Assembly: GCA_038883795.1 (NCBI GenBank)
Contig: JAVZLK010000003.1
Span: forward strand, 64,001 to 128,000
From: Candidatus Bathyarchaeia archaeon
GTDB lineage: Archaea; Thermoproteota; Bathyarchaeia; Bathyarchaeales; Bathycorpusculaceae
Direction: 5' to 3'
Length of the DNA: 64,000 bases
The position numbers and the translations under genes were made by a program. This document shows, one piece after another, positions 1 through 8,773 of the stretch. Positions within the stretch are counted from its first letter, which is position 1. Every line of letters begins with the position of its first letter. The notes below the pieces were generated by a model that was given only the letters and a program-made list of their open reading frames with translations, was not told the DNA's origin and did not search any database.

Positions 1-663
1 GCCTATTCTTTGAGCAAAGTTTTGAGGCGATATGGCAAAAGCAAGCAAGGATATCATGGTTATAACAGCAACGGGTAAAACACTTTTAATGAATGAAGAA
101 ATTGCAGGACGCTTTAATGTGATACTAAACACAAATCTAGAATATGCCTCATCGATATATGAATGCTCCATTACATTTGCCTCGAAATCTCCAATCTCCC
201 ACCCTGCCACATTTACAGCTTCGTCGACTGTTGACGTTGGGTCTGTTTCAAAGACTAAGAAAGAGGCGTTAAGATTCTTGTGTTCTATTTCTATTGTAAG
301 CTTGTGGGTTTCATATGGATATCGGGAGAAATCGAAGGTTTTTATAAAATCTCCCCTAACACGATATTCCAAATATCCCAGCGTCTCGTTTACTTTAACT
401 TCATATTTTGTGGGAAATCCGTTAACAAACTCAAACTCCCTTACTTCGTCCAAGCTTATTTCAGAAGAATTGAACCAGAACCATAGATAGAAGTCTAATC
501 GATAACTGCTCGCAGCCAAATCCACTTTTTCCACATTTACAACCAACACTCCAATCATAACATTTGCAGGGTTACCAGACGAATTTACGGTTCTTACATT
601 ATACATTAAAATTGAAAATAGAGCTAACGTTACCAACCATAGGAATATTCGCCAACTTTTCAT
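1..663 (-). CDS. Pentameric ligand-gated ion channel (Pro-loop, GLIC/ELIC-like) subunit, 3'-truncated by window edge
   Basis: Manual translation from ATG at 663 (GGTGG SD-like upstream), open to base 1. Signal peptide MKSWRIFLWLVTLALFSILMY, then VMIGVLVVNVEKVDLAASSYRLDFYLWFW, Pro-loop FDFSRYPYETHKL, AGWEI, YSRFVFSITLKR, M1 helix SVLPVAVITMISLLAF, then QRIG at the start of M2. Not in the ORF track because its stop lies outside the window. Confidence 0.85.
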   Translation of the reverse strand, partial: MKSWRIFLWLVTLALFSILMYNVRTVNSSGNPANVMIGVLVVNVEKVDLAASSYRLDFYLWFWFNSSEISLDEVREFEFVNGFPTKYEVKVNETLGYLEYRVRGDFIKTFDFSRYPYETHKLTIEIEHKNLNASFLVFETDPTSTVDEAVNVAGWEIGDFEANVMEHSYIDEAYSRFVFSITLKRPAISSFIKSVLPVAVITMISLLAFAISPQNFAQRIG

Positions 664-710
664 GAATTCCACCTGCAAAGCAGCAAGGCTGTTCTGCCTC
701 ATAAACCAGT

Positions 711-726
711 TTATTATATAAAAATT
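711..726 (-). promoter_or_regulatory. Probable TATA box of the ion-channel gene
   Basis: Minus strand reads TTTTTATATAATAA about 50-60 nt upstream of the ATG at 663. Confidence 0.45.
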
Positions 727-894
727 TCGAGTATTCTGTGATCCTACAATACATCTACGGTTGGGGGACTCTGCAAAATCAAGAACTTTTGACAATAATA
801 ATCCTTGGGCAGTCGCTGTTTAGGAGTACTATGTTCTGATTTTTCTGGAAAATCTAGAGGGGGAGGTCACTATTGGCTGTTTTCACAACCAAAA

Positions 895-1377
895 TTATGG
901 AGAAACCATTTGCGGTCTGTAAAGTATCAAATATTTCTCGGTTGTTGGGAGTATTGCTTTAACTCTTTCGTGGCGTTTTTTGTTGTTTATGCTATGCTCC
1001 AGCATTGTAAAGCTTCTGGGTGTACTGAAACTTTCTATTTCGCCATTCTCTCTTTTCCGTGTTACCTTTATACAATCATCCACTATGCAGCTTAAGACGC
1101 AGGCGCCACAATATATGCAAAGCTCCTCTATAAGCCCAACCTCCCCAGCCTTCCAGTATAAAGCGTTTGTCGGACAAGCTTTTATGCAAAGTTTGCATTC
1201 GACTCCTTCGCAAATTCTTTTGTTAATGGTTATTTTTCCTTCAACAAAAAACTCTTTTACGCCTAGGGGTGCCAAAAGCGCTTCTCTGCGCTTCTTCTTT
1301 TCTTTTTCAGCAGTTTCCGTCAAAATTTGGAATATGTCAACAGTTGAAGGTTTTTGGGTTTTGGATTTTTTGGGCAT
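895..1377 (-). CDS. 4Fe-4S dicluster (ferredoxin-like) domain protein
   Basis: CEGVECKLCIKACP and CIYCGACVLSC motifs. Confidence 0.85.
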   Translation of the reverse strand: MPKKSKTQKPSTVDIFQILTETAEKEKKKRREALLAPLGVKEFFVEGKITINKRICEGVECKLCIKACPTNALYWKAGEVGLIEELCIYCGACVLSCIVDDCIKVTRKRENGEIESFSTPRSFTMLEHSINNKKRHERVKAILPTTEKYLILYRPQMVSP

Positions 1378-1525
1378 GGGCTTCCTCTTTATTTAACCAA
1401 TTATGGATTTAACTGGTATAATGCTCATGGATTATAATTACTTATCCCAAATATGAATTAAAAATGCTTCAAAACTCCAAATTTATAACTAACCTTTATC
1501 TTACTAGTTTCTGGTTGAAACTGAA

Positions 1526-1711
1526 ATGTGTGAGTTTAACGTAATCCTCGACGGAAAAACAGTCTACAAAGACGTAATTTACGCTAAAACCGAAAGCAAT
1601 AATGTGATAGTCAAAGATGTTCTTGGAAAATCTAAAGAGTTTAGAAACTGTAGAATCGTAGAGGTTGATGTGAACACAACCCGCCTAGTCCTATCAACCA
1701 TAAAGGGTTAA
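1526..1711 (+). CDS. CooT-family small nickel-binding protein
   Basis: 61 aa, N-terminal MCE, beta-rich DVIY...DVLG...IVEVD pattern; TATA-like TTTATAA upstream. Confidence 0.7.
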   Translation: MCEFNVILDGKTVYKDVIYAKTESNNVIVKDVLGKSKEFRNCRIVEVDVNTTRLVLSTIKG

Positions 1712-2532
1712 GCTCTAAACAGTGAAACAATAAAGCCCGCCGTCAAACCAAACAATATCGGGAAGGGCAGTCCAGGAAACATACCCCTCTTTTCTAACAT
1801 TTTAAAAGCTAAAAGGCATCCGGCTAAAATGCCAATCAAAGAGGCTAAACATGGAAGGAAGCCAAAATAGAGGAGCATATGTCCACAAAGCATAGAATAA
1901 AATGTTAAATCGCCAAGCCCCATTTGGATATCCTTAAAAGAGAAGCTTAAACCTCTAAGCTGCTCAAGCCCGCTATGGGCTATTTTTCCAACAGGTCCAT
2001 GATAAACGGCAAAGGCATCATAAACCGCCAAGAAAACTAGAATCAAAAAAGCGCTTAAAGTTGGAACCGTGAACCCTAAGAAGGCACCCAAGCCCCCTCC
2101 TAAACAAAGGATTATCACATTGCAGAGTTTGCTGTTTGTTCTGAAAATTATTAGGTCAGCCACCGCTGTTACTGTTATGGATAAAGTTAAAATCAAAACT
2201 TCTGTGTATGGGATAACAAAAATTGAGAATGCAGCGCTTAAATAGATTATTGAAAGCAGAAAAACAGCCGTCGTCAAGGCAAAACCAATAATCAAATTTA
2301 TTAATCTTCGATTTCTCTTTCTCAAAAGCAAGTATAATAATGAGGCTCCCAAACCAACGAGAATGACGAAATACAGAGCATTGCCAACTGATCCAACTCC
2401 CTCTGAAAACGGGGTTATCTCATAAGCTTCCATGGAGGATGCTGAAATTAAAAAGGCGCAAAAAACTCCGAATGACAAGCTTGCCAAGATAGGCGTTAAA
2501 CGGATAATTCCCAAATCAAGTTTATCCTTCAA
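1708..2532 (-). CDS. Presenilin-like GxGD intramembrane aspartyl protease (A22)
   Basis: Multi-TM; YD (AVYDAFAVYHGP), GLGD (MGLGDLTFYSML) and PAL-equivalent PGLP motifs; TTG start. Confidence 0.9.
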   Translation of the reverse strand: MKDKLDLGIIRLTPILASLSFGVFCAFLISASSMEAYEITPFSEGVGSVGNALYFVILVGLGASLLYLLLRKRNRRLINLIIGFALTTAVFLLSIIYLSAAFSIFVIPYTEVLILTLSITVTAVADLIIFRTNSKLCNVIILCLGGGLGAFLGFTVPTLSAFLILVFLAVYDAFAVYHGPVGKIAHSGLEQLRGLSFSFKDIQMGLGDLTFYSMLCGHMLLYFGFLPCLASLIGILAGCLLAFKMLEKRGMFPGLPFPILFGLTAGFIVSLFRA

Positions 2533-2537
2533 GGCTC

Positions 2538-3089
2538 CTACCCTAATTTTTTAATGGTTATTTCAACTTTCAAGTAGCATTTATTACAGAATAAACTTTG
2601 CTTCCTATCCGTGTCGAATATGGAATTGGAGAAAAACATAACACAAAATGGATTAGAACAATGTCCCAAACCCAAGGTGTGTCCAAGCTCATGCACCGCT
2701 TCCTTTGTGGTTCTCTCCAGAAAAAGCTCCATGTTCGGACGCTCACCATAAAATTCCGGCTTAAGCCTCCACAAAGAAATCAAAGCCACTTTTCCTGGGC
2801 ATTCCGCCTCTCCAAAAACAAAGTTTAACCCTGGAACAAAAATGTCAACATCCACAATTCCCAAAACCCTATTTAAGGCTTCTTCTTTTTCTGCATATTC
2901 TCGAATTTTGCTCAATATGACACTGGAAAAATACTGATTCCGCTTTTTGTCGAAGGTTTCTTCCGGGATTGGCAAATTTTTAGAGATAATGGTGCATGTG
3001 GTTTTTGGAAAAATCATTCTTAAGTTTTCCTGAATTCTTTGGATTAGGTTGGAATTTATTTGTCCGATTTGCAATATTCCAATTTTCAT
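2538..3089 (-). CDS. amzA: Archaemetzincin (M54 Zn metalloprotease)
   Basis: HELGHTLGLGHCxxxxCVM Zn motif, NFVFG, FCNKC. Confidence 0.93.
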   Translation of the reverse strand: MKIGILQIGQINSNLIQRIQENLRMIFPKTTCTIISKNLPIPEETFDKKRNQYFSSVILSKIREYAEKEEALNRVLGIVDVDIFVPGLNFVFGEAECPGKVALISLWRLKPEFYGERPNMELFLERTTKEAVHELGHTLGLGHCSNPFCVMFFSNSIFDTDRKQSLFCNKCYLKVEITIKKLG

Positions 3090-3098
3090 GGTTTCACT

Positions 3099-4364
3099 TT
3101 AAACTTCAAATACATCGCCAGCCCTCGGGGCGAAAGCCTCTAACCCCAATTCATTCCTAACCCATTTTGCAAACAATTCGCAGTTTCCTTCTGCTCCATG
3201 AACCACATAAACCTTAGGCTTTCCACCGAGATTCCTAACCGCATCTTTAAGTTGACTTGCACCACAATGGGACGAAAAATCAAAATGCTCAACCCGAGCC
3301 TTAACCTTCCTAATTTTTCCATCAATAAGACAAACGCCCTTTTCCAACAATTCTCTTCCAGGCGTTCCAGGAATCTGATAACTGACCAAGAATATGGCGT
3401 TATGCGCTTTTTTTCCAATTTTTGAGGTGTAAAAAACTGCTGGACCGCCCTTTAGCATTCCAGCCGGCGAAATTATCACGCCGGGCGTTTTGATGGCTTT
3501 TCTTCGATCCCTCCAACCTTCAACCCAGTCGACGGAGTGCATGGCGTCCATGAAAAGTTTTGGGTCTTTGAGGAAATCCCTATAGTTCATGAGTATTCTG
3601 CTTGCTTCCCGTGCCATCCCATCCATGGTGATGGGATATTCAAAATGATGAGCAGCTAAAACGCAGGCGATTTCTTGGGACCTTCCAACACCAAAGGCTG
3701 GAACTAGAACAGAACCGCCTCTCTCCACAACATCTGTCACTTCGTCCACGAAGCGTTTCTCTAGTTCTAAGCGTTCTGTATGGTCTTCGTCTGCATAGGT
3801 GCTTTCAATTATCACAGCATCTAAATCGCCATACTCCATTTTTGCCCCTTCCAAGAGCCTCGTGTCAACGGTGTTGAAGTCGCCGGTGTAAAGAATCCGT
3901 TTTCCCTCAGCCTCAATCAACACTTGAGCGCTTCCTGGAATATGTCCAGCGCTGAAAAGCTGAAACTTCATATCTCCAATTTTCTCTTCAGCGCCAAAAT
4001 CCACATCCTTGTTGCTTCTCATCATGGATTTCAGTTCAAGATATTCGTAAGGCAAATAGTAACTGGAAAGGTGGATAAAATCAGAAATTAATATTTGTGT
4101 CAGCTCCAAATTCAATCTAGTCGTATATAAGGGCTTTTTTCCGTGAATATAAAAAATCGGGACAGCTCCAGAATGGTCAAGATGGCTATGAGTTAGGATT
4201 AGGGCATCCACATCTTTTGGCGGTACATGTATTGGAAAGCCTGGCTCATGATTTAACATGACGCCATAATCCAATAAAACTTGCGTTTTTTCGGTTTTCA
4301 CTGAAATGGCTATTCTGCCCACTTCTTGGGTTCCGCCTAGAAAGCCAATTTTTAATGAACTCAT
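3099..4364 (-). CDS. Beta-CASP metallo-beta-lactamase ribonuclease (aCPSF2-like, no KH domains)
   Basis: LGGTQEVGR, THSHLDH, AGHIPGS, YTGD, ESTY, FSSH, VHG motifs; start refined to ATG 4364 (MSSLKIGFLGG). Confidence 0.88.
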   Translation of the reverse strand: MSSLKIGFLGGTQEVGRIAISVKTEKTQVLLDYGVMLNHEPGFPIHVPPKDVDALILTHSHLDHSGAVPIFYIHGKKPLYTTRLNLELTQILISDFIHLSSYYLPYEYLELKSMMRSNKDVDFGAEEKIGDMKFQLFSAGHIPGSAQVLIEAEGKRILYTGDFNTVDTRLLEGAKMEYGDLDAVIIESTYADEDHTERLELEKRFVDEVTDVVERGGSVLVPAFGVGRSQEIACVLAAHHFEYPITMDGMAREASRILMNYRDFLKDPKLFMDAMHSVDWVEGWRDRRKAIKTPGVIISPAGMLKGGPAVFYTSKIGKKAHNAIFLVSYQIPGTPGRELLEKGVCLIDGKIRKVKARVEHFDFSSHCGASQLKDAVRNLGGKPKVYVVHGAEGNCELFAKWVRNELGLEAFAPRAGDVFEV

Positions 4365-4404
4365 GTTTTCAACCGCTAACGCAGTAATCATGTTCTCTGC
4401 TATT

Positions 4405-5010
4405 TTAAAAATGTATTGACTTCTCGCTTGGAAAAACCCTAACAAGTCCCTTTTTTATGGCTTTCAAAATTTCATCCACGTCAAATGAAGCCTCAACTTG
4501 TGTGTAAACACTCCACAATTCATTAACATTATGAGCGTCGCTGCCAGCAACCCCTGGCAAACCCATTTCTTTGGCTAGGTTTTCAGCCCTTCTATTAAGT
4601 TGGGTTGGTAAGGCACCGTTTAAAATTTCTATGGCGTCAACATCGTAGTTTTTAGCTGAATCTCCAAGCCCATAAGCCCTGTAAGGATGGGCAACTATGG
4701 CTAGGCTTTGGCTTTCCTTTGCAAAGTCTATCACATTCTCAACGGTCCATGGTTGTGGTGGCAACTCCTCAGCTCCTAAAAGGATTAGGTCGCCTTCAAA
4801 TGTGGCTATTTCAACCCCTGGAATTATGAGAATGTCTGGATAAGCAGAAGCCAATTGCTTTACTCTATGATAGCCTTCAACTCTGTTGTGGTCGGTGATT
4901 GCCACGGCTTTTATGAATGGATGCGCATAAAGCTGTTCAACAATGGTTTTTGGCTGGGTTGAAGAGTCGAAAGAATAGTTTGTGTGCACGTGCAAATCAA
5001 CATTAATCAT
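4405..5010 (-). CDS. PHP-domain phosphoesterase
   Basis: DLHVHT, AITDHN, GVE, AHP, GSDAH motifs. Confidence 0.9.
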   Translation of the reverse strand: MINVDLHVHTNYSFDSSTQPKTIVEQLYAHPFIKAVAITDHNRVEGYHRVKQLASAYPDILIIPGVEIATFEGDLILLGAEELPPQPWTVENVIDFAKESQSLAIVAHPYRAYGLGDSAKNYDVDAIEILNGALPTQLNRRAENLAKEMGLPGVAGSDAHNVNELWSVYTQVEASFDVDEILKAIKKGLVRVFPSEKSIHF

Positions 5011-6635
5011 GGCTTCTCACTTTTGTCCTTCAAAGTTTTCTCCAACTCTATTAAAACTTCTTTCTTCCATTCCTTTTTGATGTCAAAATGCTTAAAATCA
5101 ACATTCTTTTTCGAACAAGCCTTCCTACAACTTTTGAGAACATTTTTATTCCAATTTTCTCGGTCGTTAAGCAGAAAAACCATACTATAATTCCTACGGG
5201 TAACGTATTCAGCCACCTGATTTGCTACATACTCCACGGTCTCTTTGTCGAGGGGGCGAGCTATCTCATGCTGGGAAAGGGGATAAACCTCATCCAACTC
5301 TATTGGAATAACACCAAAGGGAGCTGCATAAAAACACACATGAACCATGTTTAAATGTTCTTTTGGCATATGTCTTAACAATTTTTCAAACTCCTTAAAT
5401 TCTTGGGATTTGTGGAACGGTTTTGTTCGAGTTTGGGGAAAAAGGAAAAGGATTTCTGATTTTTCGGGTGGAGAACATCTTTCCACCATTTTTTTCCTAT
5501 GTCGAACAATTTCCGGGCGCATAAGCCCAACAGAATTGAAAAAGAAGATTCCACTTTTCTTAATTGAGGGACTGTGTTTTTCAATGAAATCCTCATATTT
5601 TTTAAGCCTTTTGAGAGCTTGAAGCAACGCTGGATGCCCATGCGCCCTCAATTCCATATGCTCCCATAATCTGCCATCCCTTATAGCTTGTTTTATGCGT
5701 TTCAACTCTGCAAGGCAAACGTAAAGATTATGCTCTGCAAGAAAAACTTGCCTTTCCTTCTGAGGCATTTCTATGACTTCTTTTGGCGAAGTTTTGGAAC
5801 ATTTTGGGCATATGCACGGAAAATATTCAAGCTCATTAAGCCTAACCGTGCCACATTCTGTCATGTAACGGTTTTCTCTGGCGTATATGGCGTAGGCTGC
5901 AGAATCGAAAAGGTCGCATCCAAGAGCCACAGCCAAAGCGAAAATTAGCGGGTGTCCTGCACCGAAAAGGTGGAGGGGTTTTTCAATTGGCAGATTAGCC
6001 TTAGCAGTCAGTATCATATCCACTAAAACGTCAAAATGATAGGATTCCATAACTTCTGTGGGGCTTCCTAAAGCGTATATTTGAAAGGACAATTTTCCCA
6101 TATCAACGGCTGACTTGGCTATTAAGTCTAAAAATTTGCCGCCTTGAACTGGACCAACCCAAAGAATGTCATCGCGAGATTTAATTTTGAAAAGTTCCCT
6201 TGCCCTCTTTAAAGTTTCATTAACGGTTTGCTCTGCGTGTGTCCTCGAAACTTTCCATCCCGTGGGCCAGTCCAAAATTGTTGCTATGTCAGTGTTTATG
6301 CTTTCTTGATAATGCACAATTTCTGTGGGGGTTATTTCTATATCGCCATAAATGAGGATTTGATACGCACCCGAATCCGTCATTATTACTTTGTCATAAT
6401 CCAAAAATTTGTGTAAACCCTCTTTTACTGGCTGATTTTTGAAACGTTTCTTTAAAATGTAAGCATTTGTTATCAAGGCTTCGCAATCAAAATCCTCTTG
6501 AAGTTTTCTTGGCGGAATAGGCTGGATAACTGGATTTATGACTGGAAAAAGTAGGGGAGTTTCCACGGCGCCGCTTTTTGTTTTAAGCTTGCCGATTCTT
6601 GCAAGCAAATCCTTTTCTTTGACCTCAAAACTCAT
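5007..6635 (-). CDS. tgtA: Archaeosine tRNA-guanine(15) transglycosylase
   Basis: ETP, TNAY, MTDSGAYQ, PVQGG, HLFGAGHP, DLFDSAAY, CxCxxC plus HNL Zn site. Confidence 0.95.
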   Translation of the reverse strand: MSFEVKEKDLLARIGKLKTKSGAVETPLLFPVINPVIQPIPPRKLQEDFDCEALITNAYILKKRFKNQPVKEGLHKFLDYDKVIMTDSGAYQILIYGDIEITPTEIVHYQESINTDIATILDWPTGWKVSRTHAEQTVNETLKRARELFKIKSRDDILWVGPVQGGKFLDLIAKSAVDMGKLSFQIYALGSPTEVMESYHFDVLVDMILTAKANLPIEKPLHLFGAGHPLIFALAVALGCDLFDSAAYAIYARENRYMTECGTVRLNELEYFPCICPKCSKTSPKEVIEMPQKERQVFLAEHNLYVCLAELKRIKQAIRDGRLWEHMELRAHGHPALLQALKRLKKYEDFIEKHSPSIKKSGIFFFNSVGLMRPEIVRHRKKMVERCSPPEKSEILFLFPQTRTKPFHKSQEFKEFEKLLRHMPKEHLNMVHVCFYAAPFGVIPIELDEVYPLSQHEIARPLDKETVEYVANQVAEYVTRRNYSMVFLLNDRENWNKNVLKSCRKACSKKNVDFKHFDIKKEWKKEVLIELEKTLKDKSEKP

Positions 6636-6655
6636 TATTCAAACCTAAACAAAGA

Positions 6656-7921
6656 TTATGAAAGGGGCTTATAAAAAAGTCTATTTTGCTTATTTCTTGT
6701 TTCTTCTAAAAGAAGCGGCAATATAGCAGAAACTCCGATAGCCATAGCAGAAGCATAAAATGGAACCAACTCACCCCACCCTTCCCATAAGATGCCGCTT
6801 AGGGCGTTTCCAATCATTAAGCCAGCCCAGAAAGTTGTCGCTGAAATCCCATTTACGAGACCCCATTTTGAAGACGGTGTGGCTTCCATCATAAGTGTCT
6901 GAAAGGCTGGCCATGATGCGTTTAATATAGCGTTAGAAAGGAACATGAAAATAATCAATTCTATCGTGCTTTGTGAGTAGGCAAATAATAAAAAGAATGG
7001 AGAAGAAGCTACAAAAGTTACAAACATAACTTTTCTTCTATCAAAAAAGTCGCTGAGTTTGCCTCCTGGAACTTGCACAATTATTGAAGCAGCTCCAAAA
7101 CCTATAGCGTACAATATGCCTATAAACGTGTAATCGACAGGAAAGTGGGATTCGACAAAAACGGGAATCACTGGGCTGGTTACGCCTATGCCAATCCCCT
7201 GAACTATGTTAATCAAAGAGAAAATAAGCACCGCAAAGATGTATCCATTGATATTGGCAACCTTTTCATTTTTCTCATCAGAAGCTAAAGCCGTTGCCAG
7301 TGGTTTTCTTCGGGTCTCTTGCATTATAAGTGTTAAAGGAAAAATTGCAAAAATTAGTGCTGAACAGACAAAGAAGGGAAAGCGAATGTCGAAATAGTCA
7401 GCTAAAACTCCGCCTAAGAAAGGCGCCACCGTAGAGCCTACCAACCAAGAAATGTTTGTCCAGCTGTAAGCCGAAGCCATGGTTTCGGTGGAGGAAGCAT
7501 CTGCAACAATAGCCCATCGAATTGGCAGGTACAAACCCATAGCAAAACCAGAAAGCATAACCCAAGGCACCAAATCCACCCAATTTCTGGCTAAAGCATA
7601 CATCAACGGTGGAAAAGCAGCCATCAAAGTGCCCAACGCATGTAAGCCTTTTCTTCCATATCTGTCGGAAAGGAAACCGCTGAGTATTTGCATGACTGCA
7701 GCAATGGCATTTGATATGGAGAATACAAACCCAAGCTCGGTCATGGAAGCATTAAGATAATCTTTTATGTATATGGGCCATATGGGGCTAAAAAGGTTGG
7801 TGGCGAAGGAGCTCGCTAAGAAAACGATGGAAAGGATCAGTATGTTTCTCCCGTAAGCCATAAAGGGTTTCAATTCCTTTGCCCCTCGCCAAACTAACCA
7901 GCCACCACTCGAAAATGGCAA
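6656..7921 (-). CDS. MFS transporter
   Basis: About 12 TM; motif A GFLSDRYGRK and repeat GKLSDFFDRR; true start probably ATG 7861. Confidence 0.9.
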   Translation of the reverse strand: MPFSSGGWLVWRGAKELKPFMAYGRNILILSIVFLASSFATNLFSPIWPIYIKDYLNASMTELGFVFSISNAIAAVMQILSGFLSDRYGRKGLHALGTLMAAFPPLMYALARNWVDLVPWVMLSGFAMGLYLPIRWAIVADASSTETMASAYSWTNISWLVGSTVAPFLGGVLADYFDIRFPFFVCSALIFAIFPLTLIMQETRRKPLATALASDEKNEKVANINGYIFAVLIFSLINIVQGIGIGVTSPVIPVFVESHFPVDYTFIGILYAIGFGAASIIVQVPGGKLSDFFDRRKVMFVTFVASSPFFLLFAYSQSTIELIIFMFLSNAILNASWPAFQTLMMEATPSSKWGLVNGISATTFWAGLMIGNALSGILWEGWGELVPFYASAMAIGVSAILPLLLEETRNKQNRLFYKPLS

Positions 7922-8020
7922 CCGTCTATTTAAGAATTATGAGCGAGACATAATTTTCGTTTTAGCTAAACACACATATATTACATTTTTCTTTAGGTCT
8001 ATGCCGCGAAGGAGCCAAAA

Positions 8021-8773
8021 ATGGTTTGCGCCATACAAATCTATGAAAAACCAAAACTTAACAACCCCATATTAATCGAAGGTTTGCCAGGAATAGGATT
8101 CATAGCCAACATTGCAGCCCTACACTTAATCCACGAATTAAATGCTAAACTTTTCGCGGAAATTTTCTCCGACTCCTTCCAAGACTTGGCGGTCACCACA
8201 GAAACTGGAGGCGCACGTTCTCCGATAAACGAGTTATACTATTACAGAGCCTCAGATAACAAGCGAGACTTAATCATATGGTATGGCAACACCCAAGCCC
8301 TAACAACCTTCGGACAGTATGAGCTTTGTGGGTATGTGTTGGATGTAGCCAAAGAATTGGGTTGCCAATATGTTATAACGCTTGGCGGCTTCAAAAAAGA
8401 TGAGGTAAAAACGCCGCCTGAAATATATTGTGCGGCCTCAGACCCAGAAACATTAAACGAAGCCTTAAGCTTAGGTGCAAAAATGATGGTTGGGCAAATA
8501 TTCGGCGTTGCTGGTCTGTTAATAGGGCTTGGCAAACTTAGAGGATTTAGAGGCTTTTCTCTTTTGGTGGAAACCTTAGGCACTTATCCGGATGCAAATG
8601 CCACAAAATACGCTTTGCAAGCTTTAAACAAGTTTTTGGGTATGAATGTGGACTTGTCAAGGTTAAATGCTGCTGCAGAGAAGACCGAGAAAATATTGGA
8701 ATCCTTCGGTTTGATTAGAACTGTTGAAGAGGAAAAGAAGAAGGAAGAACAAAAGTTCCGCTGGTTCGTTTAG
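8021..8773 (+). CDS. PAC2-family proteasome assembly chaperone-like protein
   Basis: LIEGLPGIGFIA, ITLGG, GVAGLL, ET.G.YPD motifs. Confidence 0.88.
   Translation: MVCAIQIYEKPKLNNPILIEGLPGIGFIANIAALHLIHELNAKLFAEIFSDSFQDLAVTTETGGARSPINELYYYRASDNKRDLIIWYGNTQALTTFGQYELCGYVLDVAKELGCQYVITLGGFKKDEVKTPPEIYCAASDPETLNEALSLGAKMMVGQIFGVAGLLIGLGKLRGFRGFSLLVETLGTYPDANATKYALQALNKFLGMNVDLSRLNAAAEKTEKILESFGLIRTVEEEKKKEEQKFRWFV

Noticed and set aside
32-490. 152-aa + strand ORF (and 280..486)
   Set aside because: Antisense shadow of the ion-channel gene; no motifs
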